64,000 nt of DNA from Sarea resinae (Eukaryota): positions 62,001 to 126,000 of the forward strand of contig JAPEUD010000011.1 in NCBI GenBank assembly GCA_026026165.1, in the 5' to 3' direction. The position numbers and the translations under genes were made by a program. The notes below the pieces were generated by a model. It was not told where the DNA came from and searched no databases. It saw only the letters and a program-made list of their open reading frames with translations. Shown piece after piece: positions 36,818-50,059 of the stretch; within the stretch, counting starts at the first letter, position 1; every line of letters begins with the position of its first letter.

Positions 36818-39354
36818 ATGTCTGAGCCTGCCATGGCCGTCCGATCGCCCTTGATGCCATCGCCCAGCAGCCTCATGTCGGCCTTTTCTCCCTATACCGA
36901 TTCTCCCAGTTCTCCCGCTCCGCATCGATCGCCACGCTTCTCTTCTACGTGAGATCCCCCTTCGACGGTCGCCGTCCATTGCTAACGTGTCAGACCGCAC
37001 TCGCTGCAACCGTCGTCGCTGAAACGGAGATCGGACGGCAGCGAGCTGGCAGGACCGTCGCCGGCCACCTCGACGGGCACCGAAGTCACCGACATCGACG
37101 ACACCGCCGTCGAGCCCGAGCAGATGGCGGAAGAGTCCCCGACATCCGAAGCGTCGCAGACCGCGTCCAACCCGCCGGAGCTGAAGGTACTTATATTCCA
37201 CCTTGCGGCGTGGATGGGCCTAATATCTACAAGGTTACAACGGACCTCCCCCAAGCCGATGAAGGCACTATTGACTCCGACGATCCACCTCAGTCGGTCA
37301 TTCATGCGCCGACTGGCTTTACACATTTTGTATGCGCCCCTCGACGAGGCACAGCAGTCTCCGTTGGGCCTTGGGCTAACCACCGCAGGAACATGACACG
37401 ACCCCATCGCCGTCGCAGGAGTCGGACATCACCGTGAAGTCGCCCATGGACGATGCAACCTCGCCGGCTCCCAAGGTCAGATCGAGTTTCTCTTGTCGAT
37501 GGTGGTGACTAACCATTCCCAGGTCAGTCCCGTGGCACCGCCAGCGATATCGACGAATGTGAGGCATGACCTCGTCGACAAGGCGACACCCAGAGCGCAG
37601 ACGATGCAGGAGGCAGAAGAGTATCGACGAGAAAGCGCACAGCTTCGGCTCTCGAGTAGTCGCAGTCTTGAAGGTATTTTGGTCGACGGTGATGAGAGAC
37701 CATTGCTGATGCCTCGGCAGACATCCCCGAAGCCCATGAGAGAGAACATAACCTGGACGACCAGTCGGATGATTGGGATGGCTCGAGCCACCAAACCATA
37801 CATGATACCAAGGCCGACGACGAGGTTGCTGCCTTGAAGACCGCGCTCGGGGAATGTTGGACCCTCTGTAACACCTTGGCGGCGTTGAGTTCTCTCCATC
37901 GGGAGAGATTGTTTAATTTCACGGGTCGAGGGGCGACGCAAGAGCAGGCCTGGAAGCGCTGTTGGCAGCTGTGCCAGAAGCTCTACGACAGCCGCGATGA
38001 GGATTACAGCAGCCAGATCATGCCGACTCTCGATCTCTGTCGAGAATTCTGTCAAGCGTTGTTCGAGGTGCGACGGCCCGATAACGAAGTCACGGACTCG
38101 GTGCTGCGGGTCAGCTTCGAATTGAACAACCATCTCTACAACACCCACGACCGCAGTCTACCCGTCGCATTCCGGGAGCGCACCCTGGATTTCTACATCA
38201 CGCTCTGCCATCGTCTGATGAAGCAGCGCACGCAACTGGCCGAGGAGACGGACTCGCTTCTACGAGCATGCTGGTCGCTGGCGGAGATGCTCTTTAGTAT
38301 TCGACAGAACCAACGCGAAGGAAAGCAAGCAGACGAAGAGCTGTTGGGTTCGGCTGTGCAAGCATGCTGGGAGCTCTGCGATCTCTTCCGCGAAGGCTGG
38401 ACCCAGATCCGACCCGAACGCGGCACGCCTCGGCCAAGCCAGATGACTTTTGCCATGGCCTATAACCAAGCCAAACAGTACGACATGTCGCAATCGCAAG
38501 ACGATAGCGAGGAAGATGAAGAGGAAGATGACGACGTGCGTCGCTTCAACTACTTTGAAAATCTTAATCCCGAAACTCCGACCACCATCTTCGAAGACAT
38601 GACCATCTCGCCCGACGACGAAGACCAAGGCCCCAACATTCTTGTCCTCGGTCCAGAAACCACCAACCTGCCCCACCGCTCGTGGACTCCTAATGCCGCC
38701 TCCATCCGTTCGGGCTACTCCCGTTCTTCCAAGGCCTCATCCTCTACCGCGACCGCAGCCGGTACTCCTCGCGCCATCCACCAGCCAAACCATCACCACC
38801 ACCATCACCAGGAAGACCCCAATCTCACAGCCTTGAAACTTCTCATCCTCAAAGCGGCGCAGACCGCCGGTTTCCAATATCCGTCGTCTACTTCTTCGCC
38901 GCCACCGGCGAGCGCAACTACCTCGTCCACGTCCTCACCCCCAACATCTTCATCCTCGTCCAATTCCTCCCTTTCGTTCTCGTCGTTTGTCCGCGCCCTG
39001 CCCTCCAACTCCTTTGGTTCTCTGCCGTGGCAGCTCAAGCTCCTGGAGAACTACAAGAAGCTCGTGCTCACGGACCCGACGTTTCGCGGTGACGTGTCCA
39101 CATGGCGCGGGGCGAACCCGAACTCGACGAAGGGAGTCGGCGTCGGTGTGGCGAGCATGGGTCCGCCGGGCCAACGCACCATGTCGGCCGGCGAGGTCAG
39201 TCGCGCCATCTCGTGCATGGGCAGGACGGGACAGTTTGGCTGGCTGGCGGATCTCTTCCGGCTTGTCTTTGGCTTTCGGGTTGAGGATGTGGCTGGCGGT
39301 GGCGGTGGAGGGGGCGGGGGAGCGGGCAGGGCTAGTACAGTCATCTCGGTTTAG
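36818..39354 (+). CDS. Hypothetical protein with a helical domain of repeated CWxL motifs, 6 exons
   Basis: Exons 36818-36948, 36994-37186, 37234-37329, 37389-37475, 37523-37673, 37721-39354 splice in frame with GT..AG and CTRAY. The core reads ECWTLCNTL..RCWQLCQKL..ACWSLAEML..ACWELCDLFREGW. Confidence 0.82.
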
Positions 39355-39824
39355 ATGTCCTGGCTGTGTTGGATTGGATGCGTCGCGAGGTTGTGTTGTT
39401 TGTTTGTTTATCTACTGTGATGGATGGATCTTGGGGGCATTCATGCTTGGTGCTACGGCTATTTACCATCTTCTTCTTTCGTTCTCACTTTCGCCTTTCC
39501 TCTGAGCGAGTATCCCCTCCCTCTTTCGCCTTTCTTTTGGCCACCCCCTCCGTCATGGACTCTTGCACTCTTGCACTCTTCAACTTCCATCTCACTCGTT
39601 ACATTCGCGTTTTCCGGGCTTGTTGGAAGGTCCGGAGAGGGGGGGATAGTGATAGTACGAGCGCTGGAAAACAGGGTTAGGTGGGAAGACTAGGCTATGT
39701 CTCTGTCTATGTCTTGGTGGTGTGGTATGGAATGAAACGAATACCCGCTGGCTGTGGCTTTTTTGAGAAAGAGGCCTGAGAACGGTCGCATATGAGTTGA
39801 TATGTTGTGATTTGATACAAGACG

Positions 39825-41725
39825 AGTTGATAGGATAGGATAGGATAGGATAGGATAGGATAGGATAGGAGATGATATGATCGCATATGATCTGATCTGA
39901 TATGATATGAGTCGAGATGGTATAAAACGAGATGAGATAGCAATGCTCCAATCCAATCCAATCCAAATACAGTAAATACCGACCTACTGTCTTCCATCCG
40001 TCCCTCCGTCCGCAGTCTATCCCATCGTATGATACTCGATCCTACTCTACCCCGTCCGTTCGACCCCATTCTCCTCGGTTGTCTCTATACACATGACTCA
40101 CATCGTATGCATTGTAATGTCATGTACGATAACGCATGACCCCCTCATACTTATACTGATCCTTGTATCGATACATACTTCGTTAGACTCAGAAGAGGGC
40201 CAAGCTTTACGCTTGTGTTCTTGTGCTTTTGCTCGTGCTTTCTATGGTGTTCACTTTGGGCTTTTGCTTGTCCTTGTGCTTGTGCTTGTGTTTCTGTTTC
40301 TGTTTCTGTTTCTGTTTAGCTTGGTATGTGGTTGTGTTGTTATATGTCTGTGATATTATGCGTCGAGGTGCTAGATTTTCGAATTCGAATAGGACTGCGC
40401 TAGCCTTGTGTTTGCGTCTGTCTCTTCTTCTTCTTCTTCTTCTTCTTCTTCTTCTTCTTCTTCTTCTTCTTCTTCTTCTTCTTCTTCTTCTTCTTCTTCT
40501 TCTTCTTCTTCTTCTTCTTCTTCTTCTTCTTCTTCTTCTTCTTCTTCTTCTCTATCTCTATCTCTATCTTTAGCTCTATCTTTATCCTCATCTAGGAGTG
40601 TCTGTCTAGTAGGGTAATATAACAGGATGTTATATGTAGTAGAGTGTAGGTAGTGTGCTAGCTTATAAGTTCCTACCTTATCTTAACCTTTAACTATTAC
40701 TAGTAGTAGTTATTAGTTATTGGTTGTTAGTTATTAGTTGTTAGTTATTAATCGTGAGTTATTAGCTATTAGACATTACTTGTTAGTTGTTAGTTATAGT
40801 GTCTAGTCTATACGTGTATAGATAGATATAGAGAGAGTGAGATCGCTAGATGAAAAGAGAGAGAGGGGGAGAGAGAGAGGGGGGGAGAGAGAGAGAGAGA
40901 GAGAGGGGTTAGAGGTTTAAGGTACTAGTAGTGGTAGTAGTTGTTATTATTATTATCACTGTTATTATCATTATAATTGTTATCATCATTGTAGTTATTA
41001 TTGTAGTTGTTTGTTGTTATCTAGTATACTTGGATCTAAAACCTCTCTCTCTCTCTCTCTCTATTGCTTTCCTCTCTTTCTCTCTCCTTGATTCCCTCCT
41101 TTATTCCCTCTATTATCCCCTTCTTATCTACACGTTGTATAGTGTAGCAATACATACACTACCACCCTTCCTAAGATCCCAAGATTTAAAGATCCTAAGA
41201 TCCCTAGATCCTAAGATCTAAACCTTTACACAGATAGATCCACACAGATAGAATCATTAAGAACTAAAGTAGCGAGGAATGATGATCAACGTAACATAAC
41301 GTAACGATTGGACCATGTGGATCAATTTAAATAAGCAAGCTTTGCCTAGTGCCTAGTGCCTATTGCCTATTGCCTAGCACTACTAGTGCCTACTATCACG
41401 ACCACGAGCACGACCACGACCACTACTAGGAGATAACGCTGCCTGTCTGCCTGACTCCCCTCGCCTCAGCTTGCCTCAGCTCAGCTTGCCTTGCCCTGCC
41501 CTGCCCAGGCTGAGGCAGACACAGAGAGAGGTGCCCAGCTAACCAGCTAAAGATATCAGACGCGGGAGGGAAAGAAAACGAGATTTTACTGCAGTGCAGG
41601 AAAAAGAAAGGGGAAAGAAAAGGAAAAGAAAGAAAAAAGGGGACAACAGAGAGCATGCGGAGAGGACAGAAAGAGGAAAGGAAAAAAAAAAGAGGACGGA
41701 AAGGAAAAGGGAAGAAAATGAAATG
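39825..41725. repeat. AT-rich compound microsatellite island 3
   Basis: Contains (ATAGG)n, (TTTCTG)n, a long (TTC)n, (TTA/TTG)n, (GA)n, (CCYAAGAT)n, (TGCCTAK)n and A/G-rich tracts. Confidence 0.85.
40423..40551. repeat. Uninterrupted (TCT)~43 / (GAA) trinucleotide tract
   Basis: About 129 bp of pure repeat read directly from the sequence. Confidence 0.97.
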
Positions 41726-41957
41726 TTGAGGTAGGGCGGGAGAAGAGGAGCGTAACGAGAGGAGCACAACGAGACGCAAGGAAGGCAAGGGGACTCCTAT
41801 ATCTGCCACCCCTGTTGTTGTCCTTTTAGCTACTCTCGCTCACCGCGTCACCCTAGCCCTCACCCGTTCACATCTGACCCTACGACGACGACGACCACCA
41901 CCACTACCACCAAATCCCGCAGCAATCGATGACGACACCCCCACACGCCCTACCAGA

Positions 41958-43794
41958 CTACCACTCGAATTCCCCCTGTGCCTTGTGGAAGACGTATCTG
42001 CTCACACACACACCACGAGTTAGCAAGCGACCTCTATTCCTCGAGCGTTCTCGAGCAAGCCAGCTGAAAAGGACTCACTCCTTGCCACCCGTGGTCAGCA
42101 CGCCATCCTTCAGCGTACACTTCCACTTGTTCTTGACCCGCTGCACCTTGTCATACGTACACAGCATGTTCTGCCCGATGGCCTCGTCGTCGTCGTCTTC
42201 CGGGTCGAGGTTCTCCTCCGGGTCGTCCAGATCGGAATTGATCGCGTCTTCGTCGTCCTCATCGAAGTCGTCCTTTTCCTCTTCCGAGTCCTCACCGCCG
42301 TCGTAGCGGGGCATGCGTGGGCTTGGCGCGCTCGCGGCGGCTGACGATGATGCTTCCGCATCTAATGACGAAGAAGAAGGCTGCACACTGCGGTTTTTCG
42401 CAATTTTGCGCATCTTGGCTTGGCGTGATTTCTTCTTCTTCTCGGACAGCGGTAGCATTAGTCCACCAGCTTCCATCTCTAAGCCCATCTGCTCGATCCG
42501 TCGACGAATCAGGTGATCGATTTCATCCGTCTCCGTTGAACTCATCATAGCCTCGGTCTCCCACGGCTGCGATACATCGCCAGGACCATCGGTCTGCGCA
42601 TTTCCAACACCGTTTCGGCTTTGTTGCTGTTGCGCGGGCGGCGGCTGTTGAGCTGGCTGCTGAGGCGGGTATTGCGGAGGCTGCCCCTGAACTTGTTGCC
42701 CGGGCAGTTGCAGTCCCTGAGGTCTCTGCTGCTGTCCCGGGATCTGCTGTCCAGGAAGAGCAATACCAGCCTGCAGAGCGCCAATCTGTTTACTGGCCTG
42801 ATTGCCAAATTGCTGCTGCATGAGACTTGCGGCCCGTTGTTGCGCAGCTTGGTTGCTGATCCCGCTTGCTGCGGGTAGACCGGACATACCGGGTTCATAT
42901 CCGGGCTCCGTTTTGATGGCAGGCCCATTTTGAGCACCATTCGACGCTGGAACCACTGGAGCCGTCGGACTGGCTGATTGTTGAGATGCAGCTGGCGGTG
43001 GCCTGGAAACGTTTGACGGAACGGTGGGAGGGTTAACAATTGGTGGTGGTGCCGGTGGAGGTTCCCAAGGAAAGGAGGCAACGTTCAAAGACGACAGCTT
43101 TCGTTGCCAGACCTATCGATTGTGATTAGCATATTCCCTATTGCCAAGAACAAATAAGCATTATAGAAATATTAAGCCAAAAGACAAGTCATGCTTCCAT
43201 GCTTCCATGCTCATGCTCCACGCTCCATGCACGTGACATGTCTGGACTCGCTTGAAAGAGTAAAGCGCGCGGAGAAGACTGCGCGGGAAAAGAGCGGAGA
43301 CGTATAAAGACATCCCCAAAAACCCGCCCACGCCCGCCAGCTCGCTCGCCAGGCCGCACCCAGAGTGTCGGAGCGCCAGAGCGCCCGATGGCCACCCCGC
43401 AGCGAGGATGATATCAATGCTCCGCCAGACTTGTATCAAAAGCAACGACCAAAATGCCAACACATTCATATTTCGATGCGAAAGAAGACGTGAAGATCAA
43501 CCTCAGCGGTCAGATGAACGGAAACAGTTTATTGTTCAACGCTTCAAAAATGGTGACGAACCTCTCTCAGCTCATCTAGCGTCTGCTGGTCAACGCCACT
43601 CTCCTCAAAGTCGATTTGCGATGCCTCGATGACATCTTCCATGATGCGGTTATAAACCTGGCCCTATAGGAAAGATATCATCAGCCTCTGCCTGCTCGCC
43701 GCTGTGTCCAATGCATCTTCTTCTCGTGTCGTTTCGAGTTCAGTTGCATGGACCACCGCTCACGCGACAAACTCACCACAACCAAGTTCGACAT
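41958..43794 (-). CDS. TOA1: Transcription factor IIA large (alpha/beta) subunit
   Basis: Exons 43794-43777, 43663-43562, 43112-42079, 41997-41958. The N-terminus is MSNLVVGQVYNRIMEDVIEASQIDFEESGVDQQTLDELREVWQRKL. The C-terminus is DAINSDLDD..MLCTYDKVQRVKNKWKCTLKDGVLTTGGKEYVFHKAQGEFEW. Confidence 0.97.
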
Positions 43795-44495
43795 CTTGAA
43801 GAGATATGAATCCGTCAAGTCGTCAAGATAGAGTCTGGTGTCGTTGGAAAGAGAAGATTCGGGTTTGCGTTGGATGGAAGTCGATGGAAGTTGATCAGAC
43901 GGTAACTTGAGGTGGAAGCCGTTCGTCCAACCGCAAGTGATTCACCCTCTCACCTCACCCTTCGCATCACCGTACACACCAAATTCGAGACCGTAGATTC
44001 TATATGTCCAATCTTTACTCAGTTCCAATGGTGAATGAGGTCGATATAAGTTGTGATTGTTCGCAATCCGTCGGCCCTGGTGTCTTCGTGATGGCTTGTA
44101 AAGGTTGAGTTCAGATCTACGCTGGAACAATGGACTCCGCGATCTGCTTAGTCATCACCCGTCATCACAGACCCCGTCAACATTCAAGAGTCACTAGAGT
44201 ATTCTGAGTCAAGCAACGTCGCCAGATTGAGTAATCGTCGATTTAATTATGCTAGAAACAGAGCTGAGCGCTCGTCCATGCTTTGATTTCGACTAGAAAC
44301 AAAGAATGCGAAAAGAAGGAATTCGTCACAGCCTCATCAAACGTAAGTCCATGACCATGCGCCCGAACCATACGAGCGGTCCCCAGTATTACACCCCTCA
44401 AAGGAAACCATAGCCATCCCCAAGACATGAATCAAGCGCCGAAGCCGAACCCGCAGAGCCCATTGAAAGAGATCAAGCAACCAAGCCGTAGTGGC

Positions 44496-46398
44496 TCATC
44501 TGATCGTCATCTGCTTGACCATTTCGGCCTTGCCGTTCACGCCACCTTCTCTTGATGCTGAGCTCGAACCAGGCTTCTTCTCGAAGAGCTTCCAGAATTT
44601 GAGACTCTCATCCGCGGCTGATATGTTGTTAGCAATGAAGACAGCAGATGAGACGAATTCACTTACCAGCTGTTGCCAGAACTTGGCCGTCGGGACTAAG
44701 GCAGCTATGCAAGACTCGTGTCTCGTGAGCTGGAATCTCAACATTTCGCACAAGCGTCGGATAGCTCCAGATGCTGAGTGAGTTGTCCGGGAAGCCACTG
44801 GAGCTGACGATCTCCTTGTAGTGAGTGCTCCATTTGAGACTGGTAACCTGAGACCCGGTATCAATGCTGTTTGTCCGTGCGCCGGTGGTGGTGTTCCAGA
44901 AGTGGATATGTCGATCATAGGAACCGCCACCAGTTGCAAGAAGGTTGGGTTGCCATGGGCACCAGCTGAGAGCCTTGACAGCTGCGCGGTGGTTGGTCTT
45001 GGTGAACTTGGGAGCAGCCAAAGAGCGGGCGTCCCAGATGGAGACAAGATTGTCATTGCCGCCGGTGGCGAGTTGAGCTCCATCTGGTCTCCACTCGAGG
45101 CCGCAGACCTCAGAGGTGTGGGAGACTAGCTCGGCAACCTTGTGCTGTGCAACGCGAACATCGTGGTTGTAGACCAAGCCACTTCGTGCTCCGGTAGAGA
45201 GGATGTGCTTCGACCAGCCCATAACTCCCACCCGGGTTTCGTGGCCGTACATGCTTCGAAGCTTGGTACCTTCCTCGACGTCCCAGATCTGAACCTCACC
45301 GGTACCAAGTCCAACGCCGACGTAGGCACCATCGCCGCTCCACTTGACACTGCTGACATAGGTATCTGGGCTAGTCTCGAGGAGACAGCTGACAGTTCCA
45401 GACTCTGCTGACCACACGTAGACATTGCGCTCCAGGCCGATTGCAACTTGGTTCCCCGAGCTCCAGTCGAGCAAATTAAGATAGTAGTCGTCGACCAATC
45501 CCGGAGCATCAAGGACGCGTTCGGGAGCGGAAAGCACACGACGTCTGAATTGGGCCGAGGCAGCATTGGCAGGCTTCAAAGGACGGTTGTATTGAGACCG
45601 GAGGTCGATAGGTTTAGATGATTCTGGTGGGGCTGGTTTGAAGGCAAGGATCCGAGTGTTCAACGAAACACCACAAGCCGAAGCCAGTGATGACTGGTAG
45701 GCAAGAGCGTCGGGTGCGGGCCGACTGTAGGTGCTTGAGCCATCGTTGTCGTCCAAAGTAAGCCCTTCCAGAGCGGCCGCTGCGTCATCCTCGGAACCAC
45801 GTCCGCCGAGGTCAAAGGCACTTGCGGCATTTGCTAGGACCGACGAGCCCTCTCCTCCACTTGTCTTGGGTCGTTGGTTGTCCAGGTCAAGCTTTCCGGT
45901 TCCCGCATTCGCAATTGCCTCACTGGCAGTGCGATTGGGAATGAATCGATCACCAGCGTTCTGTGGCAGACGGATGGTAGTCTTTCCTGTTCGTGTTCGA
46001 AGAGCGCCATCTTTACGTGATCGCTCCTTGGAGGGGGTCTTTGTGGACGGGCCAGTACCAGTCAGTGCCCAGTCTGATACGCCGAGTTCCAAGCGTCTTG
46101 GCGAGTTGTTGACTCTTGCGATGTTCGACTTTGGTGACTCTCGGTAGGTATGTCGGGACGCGGAACGCGAAAAGTGGGAAGAGAGGTTTCCGCTGTATAC
46201 GGATTGAGAAGGCACTCTGCTGGTCTCACTGGTTTGTCTAGGAGGTGTATAGGGTGAGGAGTTGTTGGCCACATTGTTTGCTAGGCTTGCCGTCCGTGTT
46301 CGCGGTGACGGAGTGAGGGGCATGCGGCCGCCAGCTGTGCGGGTGGAGAAGATGCCATGGTGGCTCTTGATAGGTGTTGACACCACAGCGGAAGCCAT
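44496..46398 (-). CDS. CDC20: APC/C activator Cdc20/Slp1 (WD40)
   Basis: Exons 46398-44667 and 44617-44496. It has the C-box DRFIPNR, RVLDAPGLVDDYYLNLLDWS, WD40 repeats and the C-terminal IR tail (QMTIR*). Confidence 0.96.
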
Positions 46399-47561
46399 TG
46401 TGTAGTGTGTTGGATTGAATAACAAGTGAATGTATCAATCAATGAACAGACCGAGTAACAGGGTCGTGTTCGAGGTTAGTATATGAATCGATTAAACAAC
46501 GATTGTTGTCGATGGTTTTGCTGTATGTTCCGGTGTACCGAACGAGATTCCAAGAGTCTCAACCGAATGGATCCTGGAGTTTAAAATTGGTTAGTAGTCG
46601 TCGTCGATGTTGTCGTTTGATGTGTATCGTTGATATCCGGAGTTGATTAATCGAGGTCCCTTCGCAGAAGAGAGCCGTCCACAATCGGAGGGTCGACCAA
46701 AGTCCTTGTGACGGGAGAAGTGGTCTAATGGATTGAGAAGAGCTGTTCTTGCAAAAGGTGGTAGATGAGGGTGCTCGAGAGCACGAGAGATGGGAGAGTG
46801 GCAGAGGTGGAGGATGGAAGCGGAATGAAGATGGTGAGTGAGTGGAGGAGGGAAGAAGAAGAAGAGAAGGATCGGGGACTCGAGAGACGGTTTTAAGTGT
46901 TTTGGTGTGGCCTGTGAGCCCGTTGGCCGAGTGACGACTGGCGACAGGCAATACCTGATATGTACTCCAGAGTACAGGCAATGGCCGCCGTGTGAACGAG
47001 TACCAGCGATGTCTTCCTCGTCCGGGCGGTACCTCCTTCCTTCTGCTAACGCCATCTGGAATGGCTGCAGAGCCGGTCTGCCAGGTACGGAAAACGAGAT
47101 GGAAGGACTTGCAAGGCACAAGTACCAGCTCGACAGCTTACGATGGCCGAGAACATTGATCTGGGAAGAACACTTCAGCCTCATCTTCCAGTGTCGATGA
47201 TCGATCTACCCTGAATGATGTTGGCGATTGTATATCACGTCAAATACAATGAATACAGACCGTCAACCTCCCTCCTGAGATGAAAGTCCCTTGCCTTCTG
47301 ACTGCTCTATATTACTCTCCTCTGCCTTGTGGTCTCGTCCACGGGTGTCGTGATCCACCGGCCACTATCTCTAGTCTGCCTCACCTCACCTGAAATCCCT
47401 GTGTGCTACTCTCGTCTGGTCTTTCATCGTCTCGGTCCCGTCCTCTCCACAGCCCCATCTCGTTGTTAGCGTACCGCTTGCTGGTGGCAGGGGCCAGAGA
47501 ACCCTTACCACTTACTTGCACGGGCTACCCATCCAGACCGACCTTCAAGACTCATCTCTGA

Positions 47562-50059
47562 ATGGCCGGCATCATTCCCTCAACGCCATCTGGCAGCTCC
47601 GCAAACAACCTCTTCCAACCTCCTCCGAATCCCATGAATACCCCGGCCGATTCCTCGCTCACCTCCAATACTCCAGTCTCGGCCGCATCATCCAACAACA
47701 CCTTCCTCATGCCCAGTAGTCCCGTCAAGGGTCGCCGGGGAAGTTCCGACACCTACAAACCGAAGCTCGTCCGTACCATTGGCCAGAAGCCTGCTTGTCT
47801 CGTCAATGCGTCGGTGACATACTGTGGGAACAACCAGATATATGCGTTCGGGGGCTTCGATCAATATACTGATGAAGGTGCGTGATTGCCATTGGCGGTA
47901 TGATGCTCATGCAACTCTAACGCTAAGCGCCTGCGTCATGTGATTGTGATGGGTGTGCAAGTGTGCAACTGGATGCGTGCTGACGTGAGTTCTCAACAGT
48001 CTACAACCATGTGTTGAAGCTGGATCTGGGGACGCTGAAGTGGAGTCTCGTCGATAATTATGGCGATATTCCAGGCGTTCGAATGGGTGCGTTGGGCGTA
48101 CCTCATGCATGAAAGGCATTGGAACTGAACTAGAGTCTAGGGCATACGGCCACCCTCTGGCAAGGCGACAAGCTCTTAATTTACGGCGGTGAAAACGAGC
48201 ACAGAACATACCTATCTGATGTCGTTATTCTGGACCTTAAGACCGCGCACTGGACACAGCCTTCGCTGAAAGGGCCCATACCCAAAGGCCGAGCGAGACA
48301 CGCAGCAGTCATTCACGATGATAAGCTGTTTGTCGTGGGAGGGTTGACCGGCATTAACAATTACGTATTGGACGATATATGCTATCTGGACCTCAAGACC
48401 TGGACATGGTCCCGGAGCTGGCGGTTTGTTGGGCGTTTCGATCATACAGCCTGGATATGGGGCGGACGTATATGGGTTTTTGGAGGCTTGGGCGAAGACA
48501 TGGAGCGTGGCGGGGAAATATGGTGGCTTGACCTGAAAGGGAGCCCTGCTTTCGATGCTCAACCGCTCACGAGCATCGCGGACCGCCAAACGCTGTCGGG
48601 GTCTTATGGACAAGGCGGACGAGCTCTTTTTAACACCAGCCAAACAACCTCTACAGCACCCAGTGGATATGCCGCTAACTCGAGTAGCATCCAAGCAAAT
48701 TCAGGGTCATCTGTCACCTTGAGTAGTCCGGTTGCTCCCGGATCAATCTCTTCGTTAAAATTCGTATCTGGACCCGATCTCCCATCTCAGGCAGCAGGGA
48801 CACATTTCCATGTCTATTCCTCTGGGGCTCTACTAGACTTTGTTACTCCAGCGAGCACCATACGTCCATCAGAATGCAATCTGTCGGCATTTGATCTGGA
48901 ATCTCTCCGGTGGCAGAGGCTCGCAGAAGGATCAGAGATTTTCAACCCGGGCTATCGATGGCATTATTGCGCCATGAATGAAGGCGGTACCAAATGCTGG
49001 CTTCTCGGTTGCGCCACCGACCCTCCGGGAGCGGCGAATACAGTGAGTGGGGAGGAATACCTCAGCGACATCCTCAGCATCGACCTGCGGAAGTTTGGAC
49101 TGCTGGGCAATAGCATGGCTTCTGAAGGCCGTCCTGAGTCGAGCAAGCTGCCAACTTCAGATAGATACTCAAACTCGACTATGAACGGGCTGGGTGCCGA
49201 CCTTGGTGCCATGTTCGATCAACCGCCAGAATCAGGCAGCGGAGCTGACTTCATAGTTACAGCCGAGCGGGACGACAATGACGAATCCAATGATGACGCA
49301 TCTTCCGCGTCAAATTCCGAGACGCAGCAACATCAGCAGCAATTCCTTGTCGAGAACAGCACAAGCCTCACCACCTCCAGACCAATACATGTTCACAAGC
49401 TGATCCTACAATCCCGCTGGCCCCACTTCGCCCGCCTGTACGCCTCGCAAATGGCCGAGTTTCACACCAAAAAGATGCACATTCCCGAACCCTACTCTGT
49501 CGTGCGCGCTTTCTTGTACTATCTATACACCGACTCAATCGCGCCGCATACGACTTACTGCCAGGATCTCTCTGATGTTGCAGGCCTCCTTGTACTTGCG
49601 AATGTTTATGATATGCCCCGCCTGCGCCTCCTTTCCGTCCATCGTCTTGCCAGAGAGCTAGATGTAGAGCACGCGGCGTCCATATGGGATCGTGCTGGTA
49701 CAGCTAATGAGCCCTGGCTCCGTCGACGTGCATCCGCTTTCTGTCTCCTGCATTGGGGTCGTATTGTCCGAACGCCGGGGTTCCGACGATTGAGTCGAAC
49801 GAGCCTGATGGAGTTGTGTGAGGAGGTTGATATGGAGGGCCGAGTCGTTGGTGGTGAGGAACTGGAGGTTGTAGGTGGACTGGGAGGAGGTAGACTTGGT
49901 GTTGGCGGTTTGCTCGGCGGGGGTTATGGCGCGTATAATGGACGTGGCTTGAAGGGAGCAGATGGGAGAAGTCCTAGTACTGCTATCTTGCTTGGGGAGG
50001 AGATGGACGATGGAGATGGAGACGGAGAGGCAGACGCTGAGGATGAGGATATGGGTTGA
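47562..50059 (+). CDS. ral2: Kelch-repeat plus BTB/POZ protein, Ral2-like regulator
   Basis: Exons 47562-47877, 48000-48086, 48141-50059. Kelch repeats: IYAFGGFDQ, GHTATLW..LLIYGG, RARHAA..LFVVGG, RFDHTAW..WVFGG. BTB region: IHVHKLILQSRWPHF..VRAFLYYLYTD. Confidence 0.88.

Noticed and set aside
40223..40617. Poly-Leu, poly-Lys and poly-Ser ORFs
   Set aside because: Translation artefacts of the (TTC)n tract.
46559..47200. 120-197 aa ORFs between CDC20 and ral2
   Set aside because: No domain signal; they overlap the expected leaders and promoters of the divergent pair.
47878..47999. Possible nested intron or poison acceptor in ral2 intron 1 (CTAAC..AAG at 47917-47927)
   Set aside because: The branch-to-AG spacing is very short, and excision does not recreate a donor, so a stwintron is not supported.
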